From Sediminibacterium sp. (lineage in GTDB: Bacteria; Bacteroidota; Bacteroidia; Chitinophagales; Chitinophagaceae): a DNA stretch of 64,000 bases. Below are positions 41,313 through 51,199 of the stretch, in pieces; position 1 is the first letter of the stretch, and each line of letters opens with the position of its first letter. Position numbers and translations under genes: made by a program. Below the pieces are notes generated by a model. That model had not been told where the DNA came from, ran no database searches, and was given only the letters and a program-made list of their open reading frames with translations. The stretch lies in NCBI GenBank assembly GCA_965283985.1, contig CBDIQK010000015.1, positions 381 through 64,380 of the forward strand, read 5' to 3'.

Positions 41313-42635
41313 TTATCGTTTCATACCGGGAAACTTACCTCCCATGGGCATGTTATTCATCATTTTCATCATTTGTTTCATTTGCTCAAATTGTTTCATA
41401 AAAGCATTGACTTCATTGATGTCTTTACCAGAACCCTTGGCAATCCTAGTCTTTCTGCTTGGGTTTAAAGCGTCTGGATTGGCTCTTTCAAAGGGGGTCA
41501 TAGATTTGATAATGGCTTCAATTCCCTTGAACGCATCGTCATTAATGTCTACATCCTTAATGGCTTTTCCCACACCAGGAATCATCCCCATCAGGTCTTT
41601 GATATTCCCCATTTTCTTGATCTGCTGAAGCTGATCCAAAAAGTCTTGAAAGTCAAACTGGTTCTTTCTAATCTTCTTCTCCAGTTTCTTGGCTTCCACC
41701 TCATTGTATTGGGCTTGTGCCTTTTCTACCAAAGTAGTAATATCACCCATACCTAAGATCCTTTGCGCCATACGCTCAGGATAGAATACATCAAGGGTAT
41801 CCATTTTCTCACCAGAGCTCACAAACTTAATGGGCTTGTTTACGGTGTATTTGATAGAAAGGGCAGCACCACCGCGGGTATCACCATCTAATTTGGTTAG
41901 GACTACGCCGGTAAAATCTAAGCGATCATTAAAGGCTTTGGCCGTATTCACCGCATCTTGACCAGTCATAGCATCCACCACAAACAAAATCTCTGCAGGA
42001 TTCACAGCAGCCTTTACATTGGCTACTTCTGTCATCATTACTTCATCAATGGCCAAACGACCAGCCGTATCTATGATGACTACATTTTTGTTGGTTGCTT
42101 TTGCTTCTTTAATGGCGTTTTGAGCAATGGAAACTGCGTCTTTGTTCTCTCTTTCACTATAAACCGTAACACCAATTTGTTCTGCTAAAACAGTCAACTG
42201 ATCTATGGCCGCGGGGCGATAGATATCACAAGCCACCACCATGGGAGACTTGCCTTTTTGCGTTTTTAAGTAGTTGGCCAGTTTACCTGTGAAAGTAGTT
42301 TTACCACTACCTTGTAAACCAGCAATCAGGATAATTGCAGGGTTGCCACTGATATTAAATTGGGCTTCAGAGCCACCCATTAATTCCGTTAATTCATCCT
42401 GCACAATCTTAATCATCAATTGACCGGGACTGATGGCATTAATGACTTTTTCACCAACGGCTTTGTCCTTCACTTTGTCTGTGAATTCCTTGGCTATTTT
42501 AAAGTTCACATCGGCGTCAATCAAAGCCCTACGGATATCTTTTACCGTATTGGCAATGTTTAGGTCATTGATCCTGGCTTCACCTTTAAGGTTCTTAAAG
42601 GCCGATTCTAATTTTTCACTTAATGAATTAAACAT
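41313..42635 (-). CDS. ffh: signal recognition particle protein
   Basis: GLQGSGKTT, DTAGR, TKLDGDTRGGAALS and a Met-rich M domain. Confidence 0.97.
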   Translation of the reverse strand: MFNSLSEKLESAFKNLKGEARINDLNIANTVKDIRRALIDADVNFKIAKEFTDKVKDKAVGEKVINAISPGQLMIKIVQDELTELMGGSEAQFNISGNPAIILIAGLQGSGKTTFTGKLANYLKTQKGKSPMVVACDIYRPAAIDQLTVLAEQIGVTVYSERENKDAVSIAQNAIKEAKATNKNVVIIDTAGRLAIDEVMMTEVANVKAAVNPAEILFVVDAMTGQDAVNTAKAFNDRLDFTGVVLTKLDGDTRGGAALSIKYTVNKPIKFVSSGEKMDTLDVFYPERMAQRILGMGDITTLVEKAQAQYNEVEAKKLEKKIRKNQFDFQDFLDQLQQIKKMGNIKDLMGMIPGVGKAIKDVDINDDAFKGIEAIIKSMTPFERANPDALNPSRKTRIAKGSGKDINEVNAFMKQFEQMKQMMKMMNNMPMGGKFPGMKR

Positions 42636-42659
42636 GGTTGCAGTTCTTTCAAAACATTC

Positions 42660-42688
42660 AAAAAAAAACTGAACCTCAAGTTCAGTTT
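42660..42688 (-). terminator. terminator-like hairpin between the sigma factor gene and ffh
   Basis: Minus strand AAACTGAAC-TTGAG-GTTCAGTTT, continuing into a 9-nt U-run. Confidence 0.7.
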
Positions 42689-42720
42689 AAAGAGTTGCAA
42701 ATATAGTATGTTCTAGTGGT

Positions 42721-43596
42721 TCAACCTAAGTAAACCCTTAACTGCTTACATCTATTGGTACTGCGGAGTTTGGTGATGGCTTTGTCCTTGATCTTGTCGT
42801 CGACCCTTTCTCTGGTCAGGTTATAGCGCTCTCCAATATCTTCTAAACTCAAAGGATGGTCAACGCCAATGCCAAAAAAATAGCAAACCACGTCTTTCTG
42901 ACGCTCTGTAAGGGTGCGCAAACTGCGCTCTATTTCTGTGCGGAGCGATTCAAAATGCTCCAGTTTTTCGTCTGTTTTAACCGCATTTGGGTTCTCCATC
43001 AGGTCCATGAGGGTACCGTCTTCCCCGTCTGAGAGCGGGGTATCCATACTTACATGGCGGAAACCCACATTCATGGTGGCGGTTACTTCATCAATGCCCA
43101 AATCCAATAATTCAGCCAATTCTTCGGGACTGGGCTCCCGCTCGTATTCTTGTTCTAATTGTTGATATGCTTTGCTAATCCGGTTGGTGAGCCCCACTTT
43201 GTTCAAGGGTAGCCTTACAATCCGGCTCTGTTCTGCCAAAGCTTGAAGAATCGATTGACGAATCCACCAAACGGCATAAGAAATGAATTTGAAACCCCTG
43301 GTTTCATCAAAACGCAAAGCGGCTTTGATCAGACCCAGATTGCCTTCATTGATCAGGTCTGGCAAGGTCAATCCTTGATTTTGATACTGTTTTGCCACAG
43401 ATACCACAAAGCGTAGGTTAGACTTAACCAATCTGTCTAATGCTCGTTGGTCTCCATTCTTGATTTTCAACGCCAATTCCACCTCCTGCTCAGGAGAAAT
43501 GAGTTCAACCTTACCAATTTCTTGGAGGTATTTTTCCAGGCTTTGAGATTCCCGGTTGGTGATAGATTTTGAAATCTTCAGCTGCCGCATACTCAT
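42721..43596 (-). CDS. RNA polymerase sigma factor, RpoD/SigA family (Bacteroidota type lacking region 1.1)
   Basis: [38 protein letters not shown] and [13 protein letters not shown]. Confidence 0.95.
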   Translation of the reverse strand: MSMRQLKISKSITNRESQSLEKYLQEIGKVELISPEQEVELALKIKNGDQRALDRLVKSNLRFVVSVAKQYQNQGLTLPDLINEGNLGLIKAALRFDETRGFKFISYAVWWIRQSILQALAEQSRIVRLPLNKVGLTNRISKAYQQLEQEYEREPSPEELAELLDLGIDEVTATMNVGFRHVSMDTPLSDGEDGTLMDLMENPNAVKTDEKLEHFESLRTEIERSLRTLTERQKDVVCYFFGIGVDHPLSLEDIGERYNLTRERVDDKIKDKAITKLRSTNRCKQLRVYLG

Positions 43597-43890
43597 AAAT
43601 GCATGTTTTATTGGTATAAGTATCCGAAAAGTTCAGGCGATGCGTTGGGAGGGGTGGGGCCACAGATTCCTTTTTCACTGTATGCTAGAGCAATTTAACA
43701 AAAAATTGAAACTTCCACAAAAAAATAATTTTATTCAACTAATTGAAAATCAATTGATTATAACCTTATATTTTCCCCACATCCCAAACAGACGCCATAT
43801 TTGAGTGCTTACACCAAAAAAACATTTGGATGCGAAGGATTATTTAATATTATTGCACAACTACGATTGACCTGCGCTAAATAAGATTTA

Positions 43891-44274
43891 ATGAGCAAGA
43901 AGCAACTATTCACTATTGAGTTCCCTGTAAGATGTTCCCCCGGTATATTGTTTGAATTTTTGTCTACACCAGCTGGTTTGCAAGAATGGTTTGCAGACAA
44001 GGTTGACGAATGGGAGAATGTTTACAGTTTCTCATGGAGCGGAGGCGCACCCGATAAGGCAGAAGTAATGGATAAAGAAGACGATAAATTTATCCGTTTT
44101 CATTGGTTACATTCTGAGAAAAACGAATACTTTGAATTCAAAATAGAAAAAACCGAGATCTCTAACCAAACCATTTTGATCATCAAAGATTTTGCTGAGA
44201 AAAATGAGATCAAGGATCAAAGCCAACTATGGGAATACCAAGTGAAGGAATTATTCCACCGTTTGGGAGCCTAA
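43891..44274 (+). CDS. START-like domain protein
   Basis: IEFPVRCSPGILFEFLSTPAGLQEWFADKV, the Bacteroidota START-like pattern. Confidence 0.8.
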   Translation: MSKKQLFTIEFPVRCSPGILFEFLSTPAGLQEWFADKVDEWENVYSFSWSGGAPDKAEVMDKEDDKFIRFHWLHSEKNEYFEFKIEKTEISNQTILIIKDFAEKNEIKDQSQLWEYQVKELFHRLGA

Positions 44275-44307
44275 TTCAAGCAGATTTCTAGAAAATTTAC
44301 TACAAGA

Positions 44308-44928
44308 TTACAAGGTCTGATTGCCCAATAGGAGCAGTATGTCTTTGAATGTCTCTTGTAAAAAATTCCATATCATCCCACTCTTCCAATGGGATTTTTT
44401 TGCCAACTTGATAAAGGGCAATTGCGCAAAAGCAGCAGGTGGAAACTGGGCAGCGGGCACATTATTATCTTCTCTAAAATGGTGCTGCCAGGATCTTCCG
44501 GGTTGATACAAACATACCAGGGGTATTGCGAGTGTGGATTTCCCGCCCTTAGAAAAAAGTACTGCTGAATGGCATTACTATAAAACTGTTGGTACTTGCC
44601 TTGTAATTGAAGGGTAATGCTCATTTGATTGCCCCACCAGAAAAAAGTTCTTACCGCAAAAACATCCTTAACGCTAAAGACCCTAGGATAATCCAACATG
44701 ACCCAGGGCAGACCCTCATATTGATCTCCTTAGAAATCTTGGGGCCAATGGCAAAAGCGGATCATTGGCCAATGCTGGTTGAGTTGCCACTAGCCCCTGA
44801 TAAGTCTCTGCAGACCTCCCCAAAAACGCATTCACCTTTTGGATAATGGCATTCTTTGTTAAAATCCAATCGGCATTCACTACCAATTCCTGTTCCTTTG
44901 CCGAAAGCCTTACTTTTGCCTTGCTCAT
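44308..44928 (-). CDS. conserved hypothetical protein (frameshifted)
   Basis: Fragments LSAKEQELVVNADWILTKNAIIQKV, MLDYPRVF..AVRTFFWWG and PFIKLAKK are collinear. Confidence 0.65.
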
Positions 44929-44951
44929 TTGGCAATATTAAGCAAGGACCG

Positions 44952-46394
44952 TGATAAAAAACTGGATATTCTCATTATACGATCTTTTATTGGCCCCTTT
45001 ATTGGGGCTTTTGCCATTTCCGTGTTTGTACTGACCATGCAATTCTTCTGGCTCTATATTGATGACTTGGTGGGCAAGGGACTAGATATGTTCACTGTAT
45101 TAAAATTGGTTGGTCTAGTAACCCTTTTTTGGATTCCTACGGCCCTTCCGCTGGCCCTACTTTTTCTTCTATCATGACTATTCGGTAATTTGGGTGAAAC
45201 TTTTGAATTAGTAGCTATTAAATCAGCGGGTATTTCGTTGCTGCGTTTTATGCGGCCACTTTTTTTTGTTGCATTACTCATTAGTGGATTGGCCTTTTTG
45301 TTTGCCAATAATATTATTCCTGTAACCCAATTAAAACTAGCAGCACTCAAGTACAATATCATTGTATCAAAACCCGCATTGGATATTAAACCTGGGGTCT
45401 TCTATGACAAGATTGATGGCTATGTCCTAAAATTAGGGAGCAAGGAAAAGAATGATAGCATTATCCATGATGTGGTGATCTTTGAAAAAAATGGTGGCTT
45501 ACAAGACCATATGATCATTGCCCAAAGTGGGGTAATGCGTATTAGCAAGGACCAACAATTTTTGGAATTTATTCTTAGAGATGGATGGCGTATTCAAGAG
45601 CGTGGACCAAGGGGCACTAGCAACACAGAATTTATTAGAATGGGTTTCAAGTCTTATAAAAACTCTTTGACCTGAAAAGTTGAGTCAGTCATCACGCTAC
45701 GGAGCATGATCTTTTTATGATCCAAAAATGTTGAGCATTCGTCAATTAAATACGGCCATAGATTCTATCTCACATATTGATAGTATCTATTTGAAAAAAT
45801 CAAATGCAGAAGTAAACCCTTATTTGAATTTTACACGCTACGCCGATACGGGTTGGGCTAAAGTGGATCCAAAAAAATCAAGAAAGCCAGCAGCTTTACC
45901 AAACTCATTCCGGATAGTATTAAATCTATTGTACTGGAAAGAGCAGAGAATCAATTAAACAGCATCAAGGGCAATGTAGGTGTCATGGCTGAAGACTATG
46001 CTTTAAGGGTTACTTCCTTACGTTTACACGAAATTGAATGGCATAGAAAATTGACCCTTTCTGTTGCCTGCTTAGTCTTATTCTTGATTGGTGCTCCTTT
46101 GGGTTCAATTATCAGAAAAGGTGGTTTGGGTACCCCTTGGTATTTGCCATCATCTTTTTTGTCATCTTTCACCTATTCAACACTTTTGGAGAAAAATTTG
46201 TCAAGTCAAATGCTACCTCTCCATTAATAGGTATGTGGCTCTCTACCTTTATTTTAATTCCCATTGGCATTTTTCTAACTTTTAAAGCCATGCGGGACTC
46301 ACAATTGTTCAACCAAGAATTCTATTATCGTTCTTTCAAGGAACTGCGCTTATTTATTGCTAAATTTAGACGTCCCCGTCAAGAACAACCTTAA
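44952..46394 (+). CDS. LptF/LptG family LPS export permease (frameshifted)
   Basis: KKLDILIIRSFIGPF, QFFWLYIDDLVGKGL, ELVAIKSAGISL and HRKLTLSVACLVLFLIGAPLG. Confidence 0.9.
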
Positions 46395-46403
46395 ATCAAC
46401 CAT

Positions 46404-47139
46404 ATGGAAAACAAACAACATAGCCGCAGAGATTTTATTGCTAATACCGGTAAAGCTGCACTAGCTGCTGGATTATCTTTATCCGTTTTGCCATCCTTAG
46501 CTGGTACAAATGCAGGGTTTGCACCTAATCCATTTGTACAACAACCACTACCCTATGATTATAAGGCATTGGAACCCGTAATTGATGCCATGACCATGGA
46601 AATCCATTATACCAAACACGCTGCTACTTATGCCAAGAATTTGGCCGATGCCTTGGTAGCCGAAAAAGTAGATACCAATACTACCAGTTTGGAAAACTTG
46701 TTAAGAGGGGTTTCTAAATATTCCGCAAAGATGCGCAACAATGCTGGTGGTCATTATAACCATGAGTTATTCTGGCAGTGCATGACGGCCCCAACCAATC
46801 AACAACCTCAAGGAAAATTAGCTGCAGCAATTGCACAATCCTTTGGATCCATAGATGCGTTTAAAACACAGTTTACAGACGCGGGTAAGAACCGTTTTTG
46901 GAAGTGGCTGGGCTTGGTTGGTATTGAATGCAGACAAAAAATTAGTAGTGGGTTCTACAGCTAACCAAGACAATCCCTTGATGGATCTAAGTGAGCTAAA
47001 AGGCACGCCCGTTCTAGGTTTAGATGTTTGGGAACACGCTTATTATTTGAAATACCAGAACAAACGCCCTGATTATATTAATGCATGGTGGAATGCCGTA
47101 AACTGGCGTTTTGTAGAAACAAGATTTGAATCCCTATAA
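46404..47139 (+). CDS. sodA: Mn-type superoxide dismutase with twin-arginine signal (frameshift near 46900)
   Basis: SRRDFI Tat motif, [32 protein letters not shown] and DVWEHAYY. Confidence 0.9.
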
Positions 47140-47147
47140 TCTCTCTT

Positions 47148-47558
47148 ATGAAAATAACAGCAAACTGGGTAGACGCATTGGCTTTTGATGCCACGTCTGA
47201 TAATGGCCATACCGTAAGAATGGATACTACCGTAGAAGGCGGTAGTATGGACTCTGGTATGAGTCCTAAAAAAATGGTGTTGGCCGGTCTTTGTGGATGC
47301 AGTGGCATGGATGTGGTAGACATTTTGAAAAAAATGAAAGTAGATTTTAAGAAGGTAGAAGTATCTGCAGAAGCAGAGCAAACAGACGAGCATCCAAAGA
47401 CTTTCAAATTCATCAATCTGGTGTATCGTGCAGATGTAGCTGCAGAAGATTTGGATAAATTACAAAGGGCTGTTTCCTTGTCTATGGATAAATATTGTGG
47501 TGTATCGGCTATGTTGGCCAAGCACTGCCCCATTAACCATAGCGTTGAGTTGATCTAG
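47148..47558 (+). CDS. OsmC family protein
   Basis: SPKKMVLAGLCGCSGMDVVDILKK and SMDKYCGVS. Confidence 0.92.
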   Translation: MKITANWVDALAFDATSDNGHTVRMDTTVEGGSMDSGMSPKKMVLAGLCGCSGMDVVDILKKMKVDFKKVEVSAEAEQTDEHPKTFKFINLVYRADVAAEDLDKLQRAVSLSMDKYCGVSAMLAKHCPINHSVELI

Positions 47559-47576
47559 TTCAGCCCAATATTAATT

Positions 47577-48572
47577 ATGCAATCAGCACAACAAAATCTG
47601 AAACTGCAGAAATGGATTACCCTGTTAAGTGTGGTGCTATTTGTGCTGAAAATTGCTGCCTATTATTTTACACATTCCATGGCCATCTTAACCGATGCCT
47701 TGGAGAGTATTGTGAACGTAATAGCCGGTTTTATTGGACTCTATAGTTTATGGGTGGCCGCTAAGCCGCGCGATATTGATCACCCTTATGGACATGGCAA
47801 AGCAGAATTTGTTTCTGCTGCGGTAGAGGGTGGATTAATAGTAGCAGCAGGTATCATGATTCTCTATGAAACCATTCAAAATTTGATTCATGAGAACCCA
47901 TTGGAAAGTCTTGACACGGGTTTAATCTTAATTGGCATTACAGCAGTCATTAATTATGTAGCGGGTGCTTATTGTATCAATCTTGGAAAGAAGAATAATT
48001 CCATGGCACTGATGGCTAGTGGCAAACACTTACAAGTAGATACTTATTCTACCGCTGCTATTATTGTTGGATTGGGTCTGATGTTATTGACCAAATTGTA
48101 TTGGCTTGACAAAGCCATTGCTGGTGTCATGGGTCTGTTTATCATATACAATGGTTATAAGATTATCCGTTCTTCTTTGGCGGGTATTATGGACGAGGCC
48201 GATATGGAATTGCTCAACAAGTTTATTGCGGTTTTGAATGAAAAGAAACAAGAAAACTGGGTAGACTTACACAACCTACGGGTAATCAAATACGGCAGTC
48301 TCTTACACGTGGATTGCCATTTTACCGTGCCTTGGTACTTGAACGTTCATGAAGCGCACAATGAAATTGACGCATTGGCTAGCCTGATTCAACAAGAGTT
48401 TGGAGACCGAATAGAACTTTTTGTTCATACCGATGGTTGCCTACCCTTTAGTTGCAGTATTTGTAGTAAAACGGATTGCAATGTGAGACAACACCCCTTT
48501 CAACACAAAGTGGAATGGACCATGGAAAACCTGGTCTCCAATAAAAAGCACCAATTGACCCCGGTTTCCTAA
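47577..48572 (+). CDS. cation diffusion facilitator family transporter
   Basis: LTDALES, HPYGHGKAE, HLQVD and LHVDCH, plus a Cys-rich C-terminal tail. Confidence 0.93.
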   Translation: MQSAQQNLKLQKWITLLSVVLFVLKIAAYYFTHSMAILTDALESIVNVIAGFIGLYSLWVAAKPRDIDHPYGHGKAEFVSAAVEGGLIVAAGIMILYETIQNLIHENPLESLDTGLILIGITAVINYVAGAYCINLGKKNNSMALMASGKHLQVDTYSTAAIIVGLGLMLLTKLYWLDKAIAGVMGLFIIYNGYKIIRSSLAGIMDEADMELLNKFIAVLNEKKQENWVDLHNLRVIKYGSLLHVDCHFTVPWYLNVHEAHNEIDALASLIQQEFGDRIELFVHTDGCLPFSCSICSKTDCNVRQHPFQHKVEWTMENLVSNKKHQLTPVS

Positions 48573-48628
48573 ACCATGGTGTAGCAATAAGACTTAATTT
48601 TGCCCTTCAAACATTTAAATAACTGATT

Positions 48629-49997
48629 ATGCAAGTTTGGAAAGCATACCAAGATCAACATAAAGAAAGGTTCCTAAATGAATTATTGGAACTATTGCGC
48701 ATTCCCAGTGTGAGTGCTAGAACTGAGAACAAAGCCGATATGTTGGCCTGTGCCAAATTGGTGCAACAACGTTTACAAGAAGCTGGTAGATACCGTGAAT
48801 ATTTATGAAACAGCTGGTCACCCCATAGTCTATGGTGAAAAAATCATTGACCCTGCCAAGCCTACTATCTTGGTCTATGGTCACTATGATGTACAGCCCG
48901 CAGATCCACTGGATCCTTGGAAAAGCGGACCATTTGATCCAACCATTATTGATGGAAAAATCTTTGCGCGCGGCTCCTGCGATGACAAGGGTCAATTCTA
49001 TATGCACGTGAAGGCTTTGGAGACCATGACCCAAACCAATACCCTTCCTGCCAACGTAAAATTCTTGATTGAAGGAGAAGAAGAAGTAGGTAGTCCTAAC
49101 CTTGCCACATTTGTAAAAGCCAATAAGGAATTATTAAAAGCAGATGTGATTTTGATCAGTGATACTTCTATGCTGAGCATGGAAAATCCTTCCATTGATA
49201 TTGGTGTTCGTGGACTCAGTTATATTGAAGTAGAAATTACAGGACCTAATCGTGACCTACATTCTGGCGTTTATGGCGGTGCTGTTGCCAACCCCATTAC
49301 CATGCTGGCCAAAATGATTGCTTCTTGTCATGACGAGAACAACCATATTACCATTCCTGGTTTTTATGATGGCGTGATTGATGCTACTCCTGAAGAGCGC
49401 GCCAAAATGGCCCAAGCTCCTTTTGACGAAGCGGAATACAAAACCGATTTGGGTGTGAGCAGTCTTTGGGGTGAACAAGGATATACCACCAATGAAAGAA
49501 CAGGTATCAGACCAACCCTTGAAGTAAATGGAATTTGGGGTGGTTATACAGGCAAGGAAGGTGCTAAGACCGTTTTGCCTTCTAAAGCATTTGCCAAAAT
49601 CTCTGCTCGCTTGGTTCCTAATCAATCTTCTACAGTGATTACAGAGAAATTGCTGAACTATTTTAAATCCATCGCGCCAGCTGGTGTTACCGTAAAAGCG
49701 GAAGAGCACCATGGTGGTGAACCATATATTACGCCAATTGATTCTGATGCTTATCAAGCTGCAGCAAAAGCCATCCACGCCACATTTGGCAAGGATCCTA
49801 TTCCTGTTCGTGGTGGTGGTAGCATTCCCATTTGTGCATTGTTTGAAAAAGAATTGGGACTGAAAATTGTGTTTATGGGATTTGGTTTGGACTCTGATAA
49901 CCTACATAGCCCTAACGAGAAATTTGACATTTTTAATTTCTACAAAGGCATTGAAACCATTCCTTATTTCCATCAGTTTTACACAGAAGGAAAATAA
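48629..49997 (+). CDS. M20 family dipeptidase (frameshift near 48715-48790)
   Basis: LRIPSVSA, YGHYDVQP, ARGSCDDKGQ, EGEEE and HSPNE. A -7 box TAATTTTG lies at 48595-48602. Confidence 0.92.
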
Positions 49998-50002
49998 TAG
50001 CC

Positions 50003-50393
50003 GTGGAAGCAAAAGAGAAACTGCGCGTTGACAAATACCTCTGGGCCATCCGTTTGTTTAAAACCAGGAGCCAGGCGGCAGACGCCTGTGACAATGGCAA
50101 AGTGAAGTTGCAAGGCTCTAATATTAAAGCCTCTAAATCCGTGAATATTGGGAGATGTGTTTGATGTGAAAGCAGAAGGAAGAAAATGGGTAATCAGGGT
50201 AACTGGTTTATTAGAAAAACGCGCGGCTTATCCTGAAGCTATTAAAAATTATGAAGACATTACCCCACCAGAAGAATTAGACGTGGTTAAATTTCAAGCC
50301 GCTAGTTTTCAAACTGGAAAACGTTTGAGCAAAGTGGGTAGACCTACCAAGCGAGACCTGAGAGATATTAGAGGATTCATGGGAGACGAATAA
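50003..50393 (+). CDS. RNA-binding S4 domain protein (Hsp15-like), frameshift near 50150
   Basis: GTG start, [19 protein letters not shown] and [11 protein letters not shown]. Confidence 0.88.
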
Positions 50394-50403
50394 ATTATTG
50401 TAC

Positions 50404-51081
50404 ATGCATATTGATATTATTACGGTAGTGCCAGAATTGCTGGATAGTCCTTTTGGACACAGCATCATGAAGCGTGCCCAAGAAAAGGGCTTGCTCACCG
50501 TGGTCTGCCATAACCTACGTAAGTGGGCCATTAACAAACATATGCAGGTAGACGATTATCAATTTGGTGGCGGTGCTGGTATGGTTATGATGCCCGAGCC
50601 CTTGGCCAATGCCATAGATGAATTGCAGGCAGTTAGAAAATATGATCAGATCATTTATATGACGCCAGATGGTCCGCGTTTTAACCAACAAAGGGCCAAT
50701 CAATTGTCCATGATGGAGAACCTGCTCATTATCTGCGGGCACTACAAGGGCATTGATGAAAGAATTAGGCAGCAATATGTGACCATGGAAATCTCCATTG
50801 GTGACTATGTACTCAGTGGTGGTGAATTAGCCGCAGCAGTGGTAGTAGACGCCGTGGGGCGATTGATTCCGGGCGTACTCAATGATGAAACTTCTGCCCT
50901 ATTTGATTCCTTCCAAGACAATTTATTAGCACCACCCGTTTATACACGTCCTGCCGATTTTAGGGGCAGCAAAGTGCCTGAAATTCTCACACAAGGCGAT
51001 CCCAAGAAAGTAGAAGAATGGCGCTATGAACAATCTCTGCAACGGACCCGTGATCGCAGACCAGACTTATTGGACGAATAA
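50404..51081 (+). CDS. trmD: tRNA (guanosine(37)-N1)-methyltransferase TrmD
   Basis: [35 protein letters not shown] and YTRP. Confidence 0.97.
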   Translation: MHIDIITVVPELLDSPFGHSIMKRAQEKGLLTVVCHNLRKWAINKHMQVDDYQFGGGAGMVMMPEPLANAIDELQAVRKYDQIIYMTPDGPRFNQQRANQLSMMENLLIICGHYKGIDERIRQQYVTMEISIGDYVLSGGELAAAVVVDAVGRLIPGVLNDETSALFDSFQDNLLAPPVYTRPADFRGSKVPEILTQGDPKKVEEWRYEQSLQRTRDRRPDLLDE

Positions 51082-51199
51082 TTGGGGCCGCCCTTACCAT
51101 TTATCCTTGATTTGTAACGTTTTCAATTGTTTAACGTTCTAAGCTAAGAAGAAAGCTTTCTTTTGCACAAAACCCTGTTGCAACAGGGACTATGACTTT

